Below, in pieces: positions 25,356 to 38,885 of a stretch of 64,000 nucleotides of DNA. The stretch is from Negaprion brevirostris (Eukaryota). The number at the start of each line of letters is the position of its first letter. Position 1 is the first letter of the stretch. Below the pieces are notes generated by a model, which saw only the letters and a list, made by a program, of their open reading frames with translations, searched no databases and was not told the DNA's origin. The position numbers were made by a program, and so were the translations under genes. Location of the stretch: the NCBI GenBank assembly GCA_030324005.1, contig JARDVH010000042.1:81002760-81066759 (forward strand), read 5' to 3'.

Positions 25356-26790
25356 TGATTACTGAAAGACAACAGAACTGTTGTGTTAAACTGAAAACAA
25401 ACATTTTATCGCAAAAAGCTTGGAAAAGATTAGGTAAATAAAGAAAATGTCGTACTGTAGCTACTAAAGTAAAGTATTTAGTTAAGTGTTAACATGGAAT
25501 TAAATTTTTGAATTTATAACCTTATTTTTTTCATAAATATTTCCTATTAAACTTTACAGAATTCTACAAATGCTTCATTGAAACACTAAAATACAACATT
25601 TAAAAATGAGAAAATTATAAATGAATGACATAATTGAAATAAATAAGGCAGAAGAATACTAATGTGAAGCACATAGTGCTTTAGATTTTCCACGGTCCCA
25701 AAATGTGGCCTCTCTTTTGCTGAACGTCATGCAATAAGATATCCAAATCATTGTCTGAGAAATTCTGACCTCTTCTTCCCAACTACATTTTCAGTTTCCA
25801 AATTCTAAATTAAAACAAACACAATTAAGCATGCCACGTGTAATGTTATATAATGATATAATGCAGATTAAACTAGTAGTTCCACAGATTTAAAACAAAT
25901 AACAAAACCTATGTTCACTTATACATTTTAAGTAATATTCAGCTTCAATCATGAAATAAAATTTAAAATTAAACTTTAAATGAGCCAATAACTGCTTAAA
26001 AGATATAGCAAAAATAACTTCAACACATCTTTGTAACAGCAGGGATCCTTTTGATCTCTCTGCCTCCACTTTAAAACTGCAGCTTCAAAGCGTGACCTCA
26101 TGGCACATTGCCAATCTGAACCCCTCATAAGGGGCTGCGTCTAGAGTCCTCCTGCGCCATGCTGGGGCCTGAGGAGGTTGTCCTGATACAGACTGAATGT
26201 TGCTGCTGCCATTGGGAATTAAATCGGGATTTTTGAATGCAGGTAGCTTCGCAAGAAGTTCTCCTAGTTCTGATGGCCCATGGCTTTCAGTCACTAGGAG
26301 GAAGTTGGGGCTAGTACATTTTCAGCTCCCCACTGAGCATTGTCATTGGAGAAAGTGTCTTTTGCATCCAAATTGCTCCTCTTGCATCTATCAACCAAAC
26401 GCATTTCTTACTCATGGCAGTGAAAAGTAAATGTTGCTATGATGTAATTTAATTTGAATTTATTCTCTTTTGGTGGGTAGTAGAAAAAAAATTAGCCAGA
26501 ATTTTGAAGCAATTGCAATTGTTGCAAATTGTTGTTTTACAAAACTCCAGCTATGTTTATCTATTTAATGTTCATGTTCTTTTTCACTGAATAATAACAG
26601 TGTGTACATGAAAAGATTTTGACAAATATTGTTTGTTTGCAGACCTGATAGGATGGCATCAGGAGGGTAATCATCCTTGACCATCCTATCCAAAATCAAA
26701 TAGGGGCCTTGTTAAGGATTTTGAAAAACCGAGAGTACTCAGGCCTATTGCCATCTCACCAACTGATCAGCATTTCTTCAATTATCACCA

Positions 26791-27569
26791 CTGCTACTGG
26801 GAGGGAGTGCTATTAAAAGCACTTCCTGACTGGAACGGTCTACTCCCATCTCCACTTAGCTGTAGGGTCTGGGGAGCCCAATGTTAAATTTCAAAGCATT
26901 TTGATTTACCCCTTTCCTTCTCTCTTCCGGCCGTCAGGGGTGGAGGGATTGTGGAGAGGAGGCGGACTGGGGAGAGACTTTNNNNNNNNNNNNNNNNNNN
27001 NNNNNNNNNNNNNNNNNNNNNNNNNNNNNNNNNNNNNNNNNNNNNNNNNNNNNNNNNNNNNNNNNNNNNNNNNNNNNNNNNNNNNNNNNNNNNNNNNNNN
27101 NNNNNNNNNNNNNNNNNNNNNNNNNNNNNNNNNNNNNNNNNNNNNNNNNNNNNNNNNNNNNNNNNNNNNNNNNNNNNNNNNNNNNNNNNNNNNNNNNNNN
27201 NNNNNNNNNNNNNNNNNNNNNNNNNNNNNNNNNNNNNNNNNNNNNNNNNNNNNNNNNNNNNNNNNNNNNNNNNNNNNNNNNNNNNNNNNNNNNNNNNNNN
27301 NNNNNNNNNNNNNNNNNNNNNNNNNNNNNNNNNNNNNNNNNNNNNNNNNNNNNNNNNNNNNNNNNNNNNNNNNNNNNNNNNNNNNNNNNNNNNNNNNNNN
27401 NNNNNNNNNNNNNNNNNNNNNNNNNNNNNNNNNNNNNNNNNNNNNNAGGGGTAAATCAAAATGCTTTGAAATTTAACATTGGGCTCCCCAGACCCTACAG
27501 CTAAGTGGAGATGGGAGTAGACCATTCCATTCAGGAAGTGCTTTTAATAGCACTCCCTCCCAGTTGCAG
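26791..27569. repeat. 123-bp inverted repeat flanking an assembly gap
   Basis: 26791-26913 versus the reverse complement of 27447-27569: three mismatches by eye. Confidence 0.9.
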
Positions 27570-29814
27570 GTTTAACTTCCACCCCAACACGAATGCAGCC
27601 AATCAGTCTGGCCGGCTGCTAGGAGGGGAAACAAAGCGAAAGATAAAGAGGCTCTGCTGTTAAATTTGGAAGCAATTCTACATCCCTGGTGTTTCTGGGT
27701 GTTCCCATTGCTCCCTGCGCAAACACTGACCCTGCTCCCTCCTCCTCTCCCCTCAGGACCACAGTATCAAAACAGTAACTCATACACTGTGATACATTCC
27801 TCTCATTGCAGACATTTTATGCCACTTCTCTGAACCTTAGGAAATGTATGATCGCTGTGACGCTTCGACGTTGTGTAAATGTAAATAGTTAATCAGTGAT
27901 AAGCGAGGATCATGTACTTAGAATGAATTACTGTGTATTTAATCCCAAATAGCACAATAGAAAGTTTGGCAGGTAGTTGACAACAGAAATTCAATCAAGA
28001 AGCTTAGTCATAAGCCACAAGGCTAAAGCTTGAGAGTTTTATCAAGCTCAGCAGAATTCAGGATTGAATTATTGCCTTCAACTCTCTCTTACTGTTTGTT
28101 ACTTTTTATAATATATAAAGTTTACAAAATACTTTATAATGTAGCATGCCAGGTGTGTTGAATGCAGTTGAGGCAGGATCTCAGTTTTTATATCACATTA
28201 GTAATACTTATTTTGTTTTGGCAGCAGATTAGCAAGAAATCTGCTAAACAGTGAGGCATATATTCAGAATTAAGTGTTTAAAGGTACAATTTGAGAGCAC
28301 TGAATGACAGCCATGTTCAATTAGTACCAAACACAAATGCAGCATTCAGATCGACAACCTTTTATCTTTCACTGAATCGAAGTTAAGCCTTCCGATATGA
28401 AGCCACCTCAACCTTTCTCCCTGGGTCCATCGCTAAGGACTTTGAACATGTAAGGAGTGATTTAAAATTGCTGGCTGTGCATTGTTCACCTGAAAAATAG
28501 CATCCAGCCATTGAAAATCAGGGAAAAGGGTGCCCTTTGCTGTGACATTCAAGGTCTGCTTGTTGTAAGTTTTAGAGAGGCCTGCAAATGGATGTGAAGC
28601 ATGTCATGCAGGAGGCTGCTGAAATAGACATCATACCACACTCAGCCCATTTGTACCAGTCTGTGCATAGCCATACCAACATACCTTGAAGCGATCACTG
28701 ACAGCCATAAGAGAAAAGACCTAGAAATTTTAAGAGGAAACTTTTGTGGAGCCAGGAGGAATATCCACAATGAGCATTATTACTAGCCCATGCTCAATCC
28801 CCTCCAGGAATCATCTTCTCCCCAAAGCTTGAACTGCTGGTCACTTCAGAATAGAAGCCAAACCAATGACTCACCCTTTACAGCCAGGAACCTACAATGT
28901 GGGGCCCAGAATAGAGGCTAAGTCACAGTGCTGGACTTTGAGGCAGGCCTCATTCTCACTGGTTGGGAATGTACTCACTGGCCTATGGATCTCCAGGCTG
29001 TAGCTCAGGAAACTCTCAGCTTATAGATGTCCCTTATTTGTGTCCCAGCCCTCTAATATGGATGACTTTAGTTATAGATAGAAGTTTCAGTCAAATAAGA
29101 TCCAATGGTAACTGGTGGAGAAGACCAGGGTCAAGTGTACTTAGCGATGTTTGTTTCCCTTCATTATCAACGATGCCCATTTCTTGCATACGTAGAGTGT
29201 TTTAACATGCTGTGGAGGCTGACTGCAGCCTTGCATGTCTTTTCACAGTACAGGTGAATATGAATTGCTTGATTTTGGTGGAACTGTCTGGTCTTTCTAG
29301 TTTGCCTTTTGTCCTTTGCTGCCTGTATTCTTTGCTGTTTGAAGGAAACAATGCCACTCCTTAAGATCATTCCCCAGGTAAGTCAGACAGCATGCTCAGT
29401 GCAGGCTTGCAGGGCCGAAAGGCCTGTTCCTGTGCTGTAATTTTCTTTGTTCTTTGTTCTTTGCTCTTTATAGTTCTTTCTTGTGTATTTTGCTCCCACT
29501 ATGTGGTAGACATCCCATATTTCCTGAAGTTCGCCTTCAAAGAGTCCCTAAACCTTATCCTCAGCCTGCCTCATGAGTGGTGTCTAAGTTTAATTTGTGA
29601 ATACATAGGGATTTTATCATCAGTCATGTCCAGTCTATCTGATCCAGGCTCTGATGGTCAGTGGTTTAATTCCTGACTCTTGTCAAACTTACAGTCAGAA
29701 CAGGCAGGAAAACATTTGTTTTTCAGCTCCACAATTACATCAATTCAAGGTGGATAAATGTCTATTGTAACTGTGCGATTAGATTTTATTCACTGTTGAT
29801 GAATTTTTTAAAAT

Positions 29815-30140
29815 TCATTTTTAGAATGTGGCTGCTTAGGTCATCATTTGTTGTCCATCCCTAATTGTCCTTGAACTGAGTGACTTGCTAGGCCATTTCA
29901 GAGGGCATTTGAGTGTCAATCATATTGCTCTGAGTCACATGTAGGCCAGACCAGGTGACGATGCAGATTTCCTTTCCTGAGGTACATAAGCAAACCAGAT
30001 GAGTTTTACAACAATCAACAATTATTTCATTGTCATCATGAGACTTCTGGATTTCAAATTTCACCATCTGCCATGAACCCTAAAGCAGTACCCTGGGTCT
30101 CTGGATTACTCAACCAGTGATAATACCACTACACTACCAC
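29815..30140 (-). mobile_element. Second tRNA-derived SINE family
   Basis: Reverse complement of the element at 36260-36620 (CATGTAGGCCAGACCAGGT..CAGATTTCCTT). Confidence 0.75.
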
Positions 30141-30269
30141 CAATATGTGTTTAATGCTTTTGACTTAAAATGGAATTATGCTTTATTGCTTTTGAAGAGA
30201 AAATTAGGATTTGTTAGAGGTGGAGGTATGAACAATTACCTGGTAATTACCAGGTAAAAACCAGGTAAC

Positions 30270-30900
30270 ATTCTTTCTGGTTGTATCACAGGTTGACATG
30301 ACTCCTGCTCTGCCCAAGACTGCAAGAAACTTCAAAAGGTCTTAAATGTAGCCCAATCCATCACGCAAACCAGCCTCCCATCCATTGACCCTGTCTGAAC
30401 TTCCCGCTGCCTCAGCAAANNNNNNNNNNNNNNNNNNNNNNNNNNNNNNNNNNNNNNNNNNNNNNNNNNNNNNNNNNNNNNNNNNNNNNNNNNNNNNNNN
30501 NNNNNNNNNNNNNNNNNNNAACCAGCCTCCCATCCATTGACCCTGTCTGCACTTCCCGCTGCCTCGGCAAAGCAGCCAGCATAATTAAGGATCCCACGCA
30601 CCCCGGACATTCTCTGTCCCACCTTCTTCCATTGGAAAAAAGATACAAAATTCTGAGGTCATGTATCAACCGACTCAAGAACAGCTCCTTCCCAGCTGCT
30701 GTCAGACTTTTGAATGGCCCTACCTCGCATTAAGTTGATCTTCCTCTACACCCTAGCTATGACTGTAACGCTACATTCTGCACTCTCTTGTTTCCTTCTC
30801 TATAAATGGTATGCTCGGTAATACATTACTTGGTGCAAGAAACAAAACTTTTCATTGTATATTAATATATGTGACAATGATAAATCAAATCAAATCAAAT
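30270..30900 (+). mobile_element. Rex1-type LINE 3' part
   Basis: AQDCKKLQKVLNVAQSITQTSLPSID...NRLKNS; tail (aaatc)n. Confidence 0.9.
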
Positions 30901-33864
30901 AAGATAGGCAAAAGCAAAATACCATGGATGCTAGAAATCTGAAATAACAACAGAAAATGCTGTCAGTACTCAGCAGACCAGGCAGTATTTGTGGTGAAAG
31001 AAACAACCTGTTGACACTGGAAGAGGTTGTTATTCATTTCCTGCACACATCACTGAAAGATCTCTGCAGGCAATGAGATAGGTGCAGGGCTGGTGAACTC
31101 AGAGTGAGCATCATGGAGAAAGCAATGAGGCTAGCACACCCAGTATCAATATTGACAAAATAACTTGCAATAAAACAACACATTTTAACAAGCACGTAGA
31201 ATTCCACATTAACGAGGGTCACACAGAAACCATTAAATTTGTGAAGAGCTTGTATAAGCCACTTGTGACTCCCTGTTTTATGGGTTTACCCATTCCTAGA
31301 TTATCCTTTATGTAATATCTAGGGCCTAGATTCAGAGAGTTGGTACAATTAATATCACTCCACATTGTAAGATATAGATTTAGTCACCAGCTCAATCTGT
31401 TCAACAACAAAATATGAGTTTGCTTTTCAATATTTTTTCACCAAGCATCTTTCAGTTTTGCTCTAACTAGACAAACTAAGTGGATTGCTCTGTGAAAGAG
31501 CAGCCCCCAGGCTTGATAGGTCAAATAGCTTTCTTTTTGTGCTGTGCAGTTTTGGGATTCTACTAAAGTAATTACTGCCTTTTTGAAGACAATTCCAGTT
31601 CAGGCATATTATTTTCAGCAGCAGTAAGAATGGTGGGTGAGGATCTTTGTACGTCAGCCTGACCTGATGTTAATGTCAGAGAATTGTCTACGGTCAGCAT
31701 TGTTTATACATTTAAAACAAGCCTCTGGGAGTATAGCCTGCATTTAGGAGTTCACCACAGTGGGGACAGGAAATGGATGAGCTTCAAGATTCCCTTAATG
31801 CAGCCGCTTAACAGGCCAGACTACATTCTTAAGGTTTCTCATTGAATGCCTCTACTGGAAGAGGAAATATTACTAATAAAGAATATTAGACAGGGTGTGA
31901 CCTACAAACCTTTCTTCTCATTTCCAGTCAATTAGATGGCAATGTGAAAGTTAAATGTTGGCATTGAGTCATGCCATGTTTCTCAAACTTTTAAAAACAT
32001 TTTTGCACTGAAAGGGATCGAGGTATGGATTATTTTTAAGCGTGCTTTAAAATTAAAGTTTGCTTTAAATCAGTTTGACCTACAGAACAACAAGGATGAG
32101 AACGATATGAATGATTGCTCAGACATGACATGATTGGATTGCACTGTGGCAAAGTCATTCTTCTCCCAGGAATCAGGCACAGGATGATGTCATTTGGCAC
32201 CGAATACATTGTCATGTGTTTGGCCAAAATCAAGACGAGTTTGTCAGCTGTATGGCTGATGTTAACAGAGACACTATCACCTCCGCTTAACTCAAGATGC
32301 CTGCTGTAAGTGTTATTGTGTAGCAGTTAACTCGTCAGCTTTCTCATCAATATGTCCCGGAATAAATATCTCGCTCTCAGTTTGCTCAGGAAGTGGAACA
32401 GAGTAAAGGGGCAATTGTGAAGGTGAACAAGGCTTGTGCATAACCAAATATTCATTTTAAGAGTACATATTGAAACTGCACCATTGTATTTTTGTTGCAT
32501 TTTAAATTGTTCAGAATAACCACTAAAAACACTGTGCACAAAGGAATTTTTTCACGTACAGCTCCCAGTTTTCATTTTGTGTTGTGGTCCCTCTGCACAT
32601 CATAACCCTTTAAAAACCATTTAAACAGTAAAATCAATTTCAGTTGTTGAAATCCTAACTGACAAGCTTTCCCCCCTTTACTACCAATACGCCATCCATT
32701 CCAGATGTTAGCAGGCATCATTACGTTCAAGCCAGTCGTAATTTAATCTAAAATGTATGTACATTAAAAAATAGACAAATTCAAATACACAGACACACAA
32801 TCAGCAGCTGTCAGTGGGAAGTGAGGACAGGAACTCTTGCTGACTTTCCCTCTAGACAAAGGGCATTAAGACCATCTCAGGCACCCTTACTGTTATCCTT
32901 AGCAACATATATTAACATACCAATAATCATGGACCCAACTGTGTGGAAGTATATTACCTAGTTATCTTGTTAAGGCACTCGTGATTTCCTGTTTTATGGG
33001 TTTAACATTTTTAGATTATCCCTTATGTAATATTACATAATCCTTGGATTCAGAGTGTTAGAACCAATGCAGGCTGCTCCTTCACTATTCTATTTTCAGA
33101 TGACCTTTGCCGGCTTCAGGGCATTTTAAGTCTTCCTTTGGTATTTTTTTGTGCAGTGGTAATCCTGCTCTGGTATTGCCTGTCTTCTTTTGGGACCACT
33201 GGTAGGCACCTACTTGCTGATGCATATTCCACTGAGAATCAGGCATAAGAGATAATGAATACTCCTTGGCTGCAACTAAAGAAACTGGCTAGGGTCATGA
33301 TGGGGTGGGTCGATGGGTGGAAAAATCAGTCAAACCCTACAAAGGCAGGAACAGGAATATGCAGACCTCATGTCTTAACTTACACATGATCCAGGCTACC
33401 TGGATCAAGTATCAGAAGGTGCTAGTGCCTGCAAAATTGCTGTGAAACACCACTTTCAGGACAGAAAAAAAAGGAACATACTGGAGGAATTATTGAAGAA
33501 ATGAAAAAAAAAATTAATACATATACTTACAGTACAGCTTGTAAAGAAACAAAGTTTTGGACCTTAAGAATGACCTCTTGGCAAGTTCCCATTTCCCAGG
33601 AGGACAGAGTAGGAATAAGGAATAGATACCCTTGATGTCAGGTCTCCATCTTCTTTATATTAGCCAAGGATTTCTGGGGTTCTTTTAGGGAGCACAAGAT
33701 CATTTCGCCAGGGCAGGTATTTCAATTTCTTTTCTATTAGTTGCCTAATTAGAGGAACAACTGAGCAAACCAAGTATTGGAGCTAATTTTGGACCTGTGT
33801 GGAGATGGCTGAAGATATCTGTCATTAAGTATTATAAATTAATTTGACATCAGGTTTGATACTT

Positions 33865-34208
33865 TTTTCCCAAGGTGGAAGAGTCAATTATTAGGGGGCA
33901 TAGGTTTAAGGTGCGAGGGGCAAGGTTTAAAGCAGGCAGATTTTTTACACAGAGAGTAGTGGGNNNNNNNNNNGTGGGGGTAAGGTTTTCATGCAGAGAA
34001 TGGTGGGTACCTGGAACGCACTGCCAGAGGCTTGGTGGAAGCAGGCACATTAGCGACATTTAAGAAGCATCTAGATGGATGCATGAATAGAATGGGAATA
34101 GAGGAATATGGTCCCTGGAAGGGTAGGGGGCTTTAGTTCAGTTGGGCAGCATGGTCGGTGCAGGCTTGGAAGGCTGTTCCTGTGCTGTAATTTCCTTTGT
34201 TCTTTGCC
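33865..34208 (+). mobile_element. CR1-clade LINE 3' end
   Basis: IRGHRFKVRGARFK..FFTQRVV; tail CTGTGCTGTAATTTCCTTTGTTCTTTG. Confidence 0.88.
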
Positions 34209-34934
34209 CTTTATCACATCCAGAATAAATTGAGATGCAGGAGGCCCAAAGCCATCAGAAGCATGTAGTTGCCCTCACACATCTTCCCCTTTTGCTGGCA
34301 CTAGGCCTGTTATGATTAGCTTATGCCAGAAATGTTTTAATGACAGGAAATTTAGGCACACCTATGCCAATGCAGAAGCCAGCAGGAAGACTAGCTGGCA
34401 TTTAATTTTTATTTTACTTAATCATATCTGTGAAATATAACCTAGTCATGTTGGTTTGAAAATAAAACTAAAATAATACAGTTGTGCAATGATTATACAA
34501 TGATAGCAGTTTCTCTGCATTTGTATGAACTGATAAAGATTAATATGGGTTTCTTTATTAAAATTAGCTAAATCATTTTGGAAAAGAAATGAATGAAGAA
34601 ATTGAATTTCTGTAGGGGTACGGGCATTTGTTCGCCTCAACTTTGGTGGAAGAATCTCAAGGCTTTCTGCAAAACCTCCATTGATGTTATAGTGGATATT
34701 CAAGAGGAAATTCAACATGAGATTCTCTCATATTTCAGTAACACTAATCTTCGGCCAACCAGGTCATCTCATACATATTATCCGGTCTAGTCGTAACATA
34801 ATATATCTGAGGTAAGAGCAATGGTGGAAAGGGTGGGAATTAAGCATGGAAAGATGGTTTAACTTGCAATGTGAGATGTCTTCATTTGTGAATAAGTTGT
34901 GAGTAGTTATGCTCAGTTTCATGGTGAGACAATG

Positions 34935-35113
34935 GCTGGAATTCTCCAGCTGTTCACGCCAGCAGGATTCTCTGGTCCCACCGGCAGTGCATCCTTGCCT
35001 TCAATGGGAAATCCCATTAACAGCAGTGGAACCAGAGAATCCCACCACTAGCAAACGACACATCAACTTCCACCATTGAGAAAAACATGGCTCAGAAACC
35101 AGAGAATCTCGTC
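34935..35113. mobile_element. Short MITE-like repeat
   Basis: Imperfect TIRs GGCTGGAATTCTC / GAGAATCTCGTCC with an internal hairpin GGATTCTCTGGT..ACCAGAGAATCC. Confidence 0.65.
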
Positions 35114-36259
35114 CACTAATGTTATTGCTACCAAAAACACATTTTGATTATTCCATTTTAAATTACTTCTAAATTCTTTAAAATTTAAATATTTCATTTT
35201 CTATTAATATTAATGAGAAATATTAAGAATTTGAAACCACTTGATTCTTGCCTTTTTGTTACATCTTTCATCTTCATCCTAAAGGTTTTCCTGATCAAGC
35301 CTTCAGACCGAACTCAACATTAAAATCCATTGCTGCCAAGCTAATTTAAATGTAATCCATTAAATTATGAAAACCTGAGACAAAGAGAACTTTTTCTGTG
35401 GTAAAACTGATGCAGCTTGTGTGAAATGTTGGGAACAGCAAAGGGTCAGTAGGCCTAATACAATTGTCCCATTCAGTTGAGGTAGCTTTTTGCTTGCAAG
35501 TCTATGTGGCAACTGTTCAACATATGGCACTGCATGGACTGGTAGGGGTTTTATCAGCAAGATTATAATCACACAAGCTTCAGTTTTACAGAATATTTTT
35601 AGAGCACTGGCTGCCATAAATCAGGCAGGTTTAAAGATCCAGCCAGTGAGAAGGAATGTTTGTCAGTTAAGTGTTTAGTTTGGGGTTAGGGGGTAGTGTC
35701 AGGCATTTGAAGGGTTGTGGAGAGAGGGGAAGGACAGCCGGGGATAGGGGTCAGGAGTGGACAGCTGGGGAGGGGATCAGATNNNNNNNNNNAGTGGGGA
35801 GGGGAGAGGTGTATCTGACTGTCTGGGGGGGGAAGTGGGAATAGGGAAGACGTCAGACTCTTGGTGGGGGGGAGGCGTTGGAAGGTAGGACAGCTGGGGG
35901 CTGGAGGGGTACTTGTCAAAGGAGGAGGGCAGATGTTTGGCAGTGGGGGGATGGGGGCAAACAGTTTGGGTAGAGCAGATGGTTGTGCCAGGCTCACGTC
36001 AGCGAGAGGGGGGCAGATGGTCAGGTGGTGCAAGGGGGGTTTGTTGGGGGGTGCTATTTGGGATGGAAGGCGGTGTTGAGGGTAGGTCTGTACAATAGTT
36101 ATCTAGATGCTCAAAGTAGTTTTAATCCTTCTAACATTTTCTTGGTAAATATTGCTGTAACACATTTGGAGCCATCCAAAGTTTGTGGCTTAAAACTTTG
36201 GATGGTTCCAGTGCAGGATAATTGTCTGGGAAGTGCAGACTTCCAGTGGGCAATTGTGG

Positions 36260-36620
36260 ATGCAATGGCCTAGTGGCAATATTGCTAGACTATTAATCCA
36301 GAAACTGAGCTAATGTTCTGGGAACCCATGTTCGAATCCTGCCACAGCTGATGATGGAATCTGAATTCAATAAAAAATACCTGGAATTAAGGATTTACTG
36401 ATAACCATGAAATAATTGTCAATTGTTGAAAAAACTCATCTGGTTCACTAATGTTCTTTACAGAAGGAAATCTGCCATCCTTACCCGGTCTGGCCTACAT
36501 GCCACTCTAGAGCCACAGCAATGTGGTTGACTCTCAACTTCTCTCCAAGGGCGACTAAGGATAGGCAATAAATGCTGGCTAGCCAGCAATGCCCATGTCC
36601 CACAGAAGACTAATAAACAA
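36260..36620 (+). mobile_element. Second tRNA-derived SINE family, near full length
   Basis: A-box-like TGGCCTAGTGG, B-box GTTCGAATCC; tail GGCAATAAATGCTGGC...GCCCATGTCCCA. Confidence 0.85.
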
Positions 36621-37109
36621 AAATGTCCAATCCTGACCTGGGAAACTTTGGGACGGGACTGGAGGTTCCCCAGTAAATCATTGGGGTACTCCAGTTATGC
36701 TCAAGCTCAAATGCTAGATCCCATCTCATCTGTTATGTACTTCTACATTTTTTGTTTTTATTCCAGATTTCCAGTGTTAATAACCTTTTCTGTTAAGGAG
36801 GCAGCAGATGGAGAGAGCATCCTAAGAACCCAGGACATTTAAATGCTGCTTTTCCAGAATTTCTGAAACATTTCCACCCAAGTTATGGTGGATGAAAGGG
36901 AAATTCAGTCCCAAAAAGCCAAAGCTATGGAATCCGTGTGGGCAGGGTGGAAAAGTTGACAGACTATTTAAAGGTCCATTGACCTCAGTAGGACTCAGTG
37001 GGAGACCTCCTCCTGTCTCGGGGAGGGTATGACCGTAAGATCCCACCCCATATTACCCAACCAATTAACCAACCACTCTTTCCAGAATTTCCTCATCAGT
37101 TTGATGTTA

Positions 37110-37535
37110 ATCCTAGCACTGGAGTAGATACATTTGTCTCTGAGTCAGAGAATTGTGAGTTCAGATCCTGTTCTATGACTAGCACACACCTTGGCTGACA
37201 TTTCAGCGCAGTAATGATGGATTGCTGTCCTGTTGGAATTTCTATCTTTTGGATGAACTATTATTTTCATCTGCTCTTACATATAAAATTATCGCTTGGT
37301 ACTCTGTGTAGAAGAGGAGGGAAGTTTTCCCAGAGGCCTGGCAGTTAATCCTCAGACAACAGTGTGTTTTATCATCAATTTTGTGGGACCTTGCTGTGTG
37401 GAAATCGGCTGTAACCATTCTCTGCATTACAAGAGTAACTGCATTTCAAAAAGTACTTCATTGATTATGAAGTGTTTTGATAGGTTTTGAGATTGTGAAA
37501 GCTGCTTTATAAATGTGATTTCTTTGTTTCTTTTC
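37110..37535 (+). mobile_element. Deu-domain SINE (SacSINE1-like), old
   Basis: Head CTCTGAGTCAGA..TTGTGAGTTCA; tail TGTGGGACCTTGCTGTGTGGAAATCGGCTG...GCTTTATAAATG. Confidence 0.7.
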
Positions 37536-38394
37536 TGTACTCAATAACGTTGATGATTATTGCACACTGTACTTCTGGCCCCACAGCCAAGTTTCTCAAT
37601 TTAAACAAGAACATTTTTGAATCATTTATTTATGCTCCATATTTTCATAACCATGGTGTCAAAACTGTTGAGTATCACAACACATTATAAGATATCAAAT
37701 TAATAAATGCTATTACAAAACTGGAAAAATTATCTTTCCGCTAAGCAGTGCTGAGGCAATAATTTGCATTTCTATAGAGATTTTAATACAGTAATGGGTT
37801 CCAAGATGTTTCACAAAACCTTTATCAAGAAAGACCTGACACCAAACCATATTAAGGAGATGTTAGTAACTAAGAGCTTTGTCAAAGGTCTGAAAGAGCA
37901 TCTTAATGAACACAAGTATTGAGGCAGAGAGGATTAAGGGCCATCAGTCTGCTGCAGAGAATGTGTTTCTAAGTAACAGATGCAGTTCAGTTACAAAGAA
38001 ACATACCATCAACACATGCTCACCCAGTGCAGCTGGCATTGCACGCAGGATTATTTTACTGCAACTATGTTTGAACTACTGGGCATTTAATGAAGCAAAG
38101 CAGGTTGGACAAGGAGACACAGAGGTGTAATGATTCTGCTGCTTAACTTCTGCAGGGATAAAATAACTCAGAGGACTAGACTTCAATATATTCAACAGAA
38201 TTAGGGACAAAAATGGCCCATATGTAGTAATTTTATACAGGATGCAATATACTACACTTAACCTCTTTTGCTGCACGTTACTTGATTTTTGTAATTGCGC
38301 TGGGTGAATTTAGATTGATTCAGACACTACAATAGACGTCCATATTTTTAATGGTAATTTAAATGCAAAGGTAAAATGTACATAAATTATATTT

Positions 38395-38400
38395 TTTATT
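38395..38400 (-). promoter_or_regulatory. Candidate polyadenylation signal for the CCDC192-like gene
   Basis: First minus-strand AATAAA I found downstream of the stop at 38886 (about 490 nt away). Confidence 0.35.
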
Positions 38401-38885
38401 ATAAAGCTATGCAGACACATGGGGAAATGCAGACAATTACAGGCTAATATTGTTGCTACAGTTCCAATAAATTGTAAGTCTAAAATTGAACCTGCATGAC
38501 TCTCATGCTGAAATTCTGTTGGACCAGAGCTGTTTCTGATGGGCATATATATTTTCTGACTAATGTTGGATGCCTTCATAAGTTTGAATTCAAGACTTTT
38601 TCAAAAAAGCAGGAGCACCTTGAATTTAGATAGCAACATTCACATCAGAATGTCCCAAAGCATTTTTTCAGCTATTGAAATGCTTTTGAAGTGTAGTCAT
38701 TGTTGTAATGTAGGAAAATTGATTTAGTTCATATTATTCATTTTCCAAAGCACCCGTCTCATCTGCTGTCCCAGATATCCTGTCTCAGTGGGCATGACAA
38801 AAGCAATTCAATTGCTCAGTTGATGTTCCAATGTACCGCTGTGACATGCTTATGAATTACTGCCCTTAACTTCTTTAAGATAGGA

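Noticed and set aside
25520-25590. SECIS-like ATGA...AA hairpin on the minus strand
   Set aside because: Apical loop too small and the 3' GA of the quartet is absent (TAAT)
30361-30570. Direct repeats on both sides of 100-N gaps (also near 47570/47690, 53870/54000, 55415/55545)
   Set aside because: Pattern of unmerged contig overlaps; assembly artefact rather than tandem duplication
33531-35395. Exon-like segments with decent splice sites (33531-33744 minus, about 34615-34811 plus, acceptor near 35375 minus)
   Set aside because: Stops in all three frames and no recognisable protein; cannot be supported as CDS
36260-36345. tRNA-like A and B boxes
   Set aside because: SINE head; no complete cloverleaf, so not a tRNA gene
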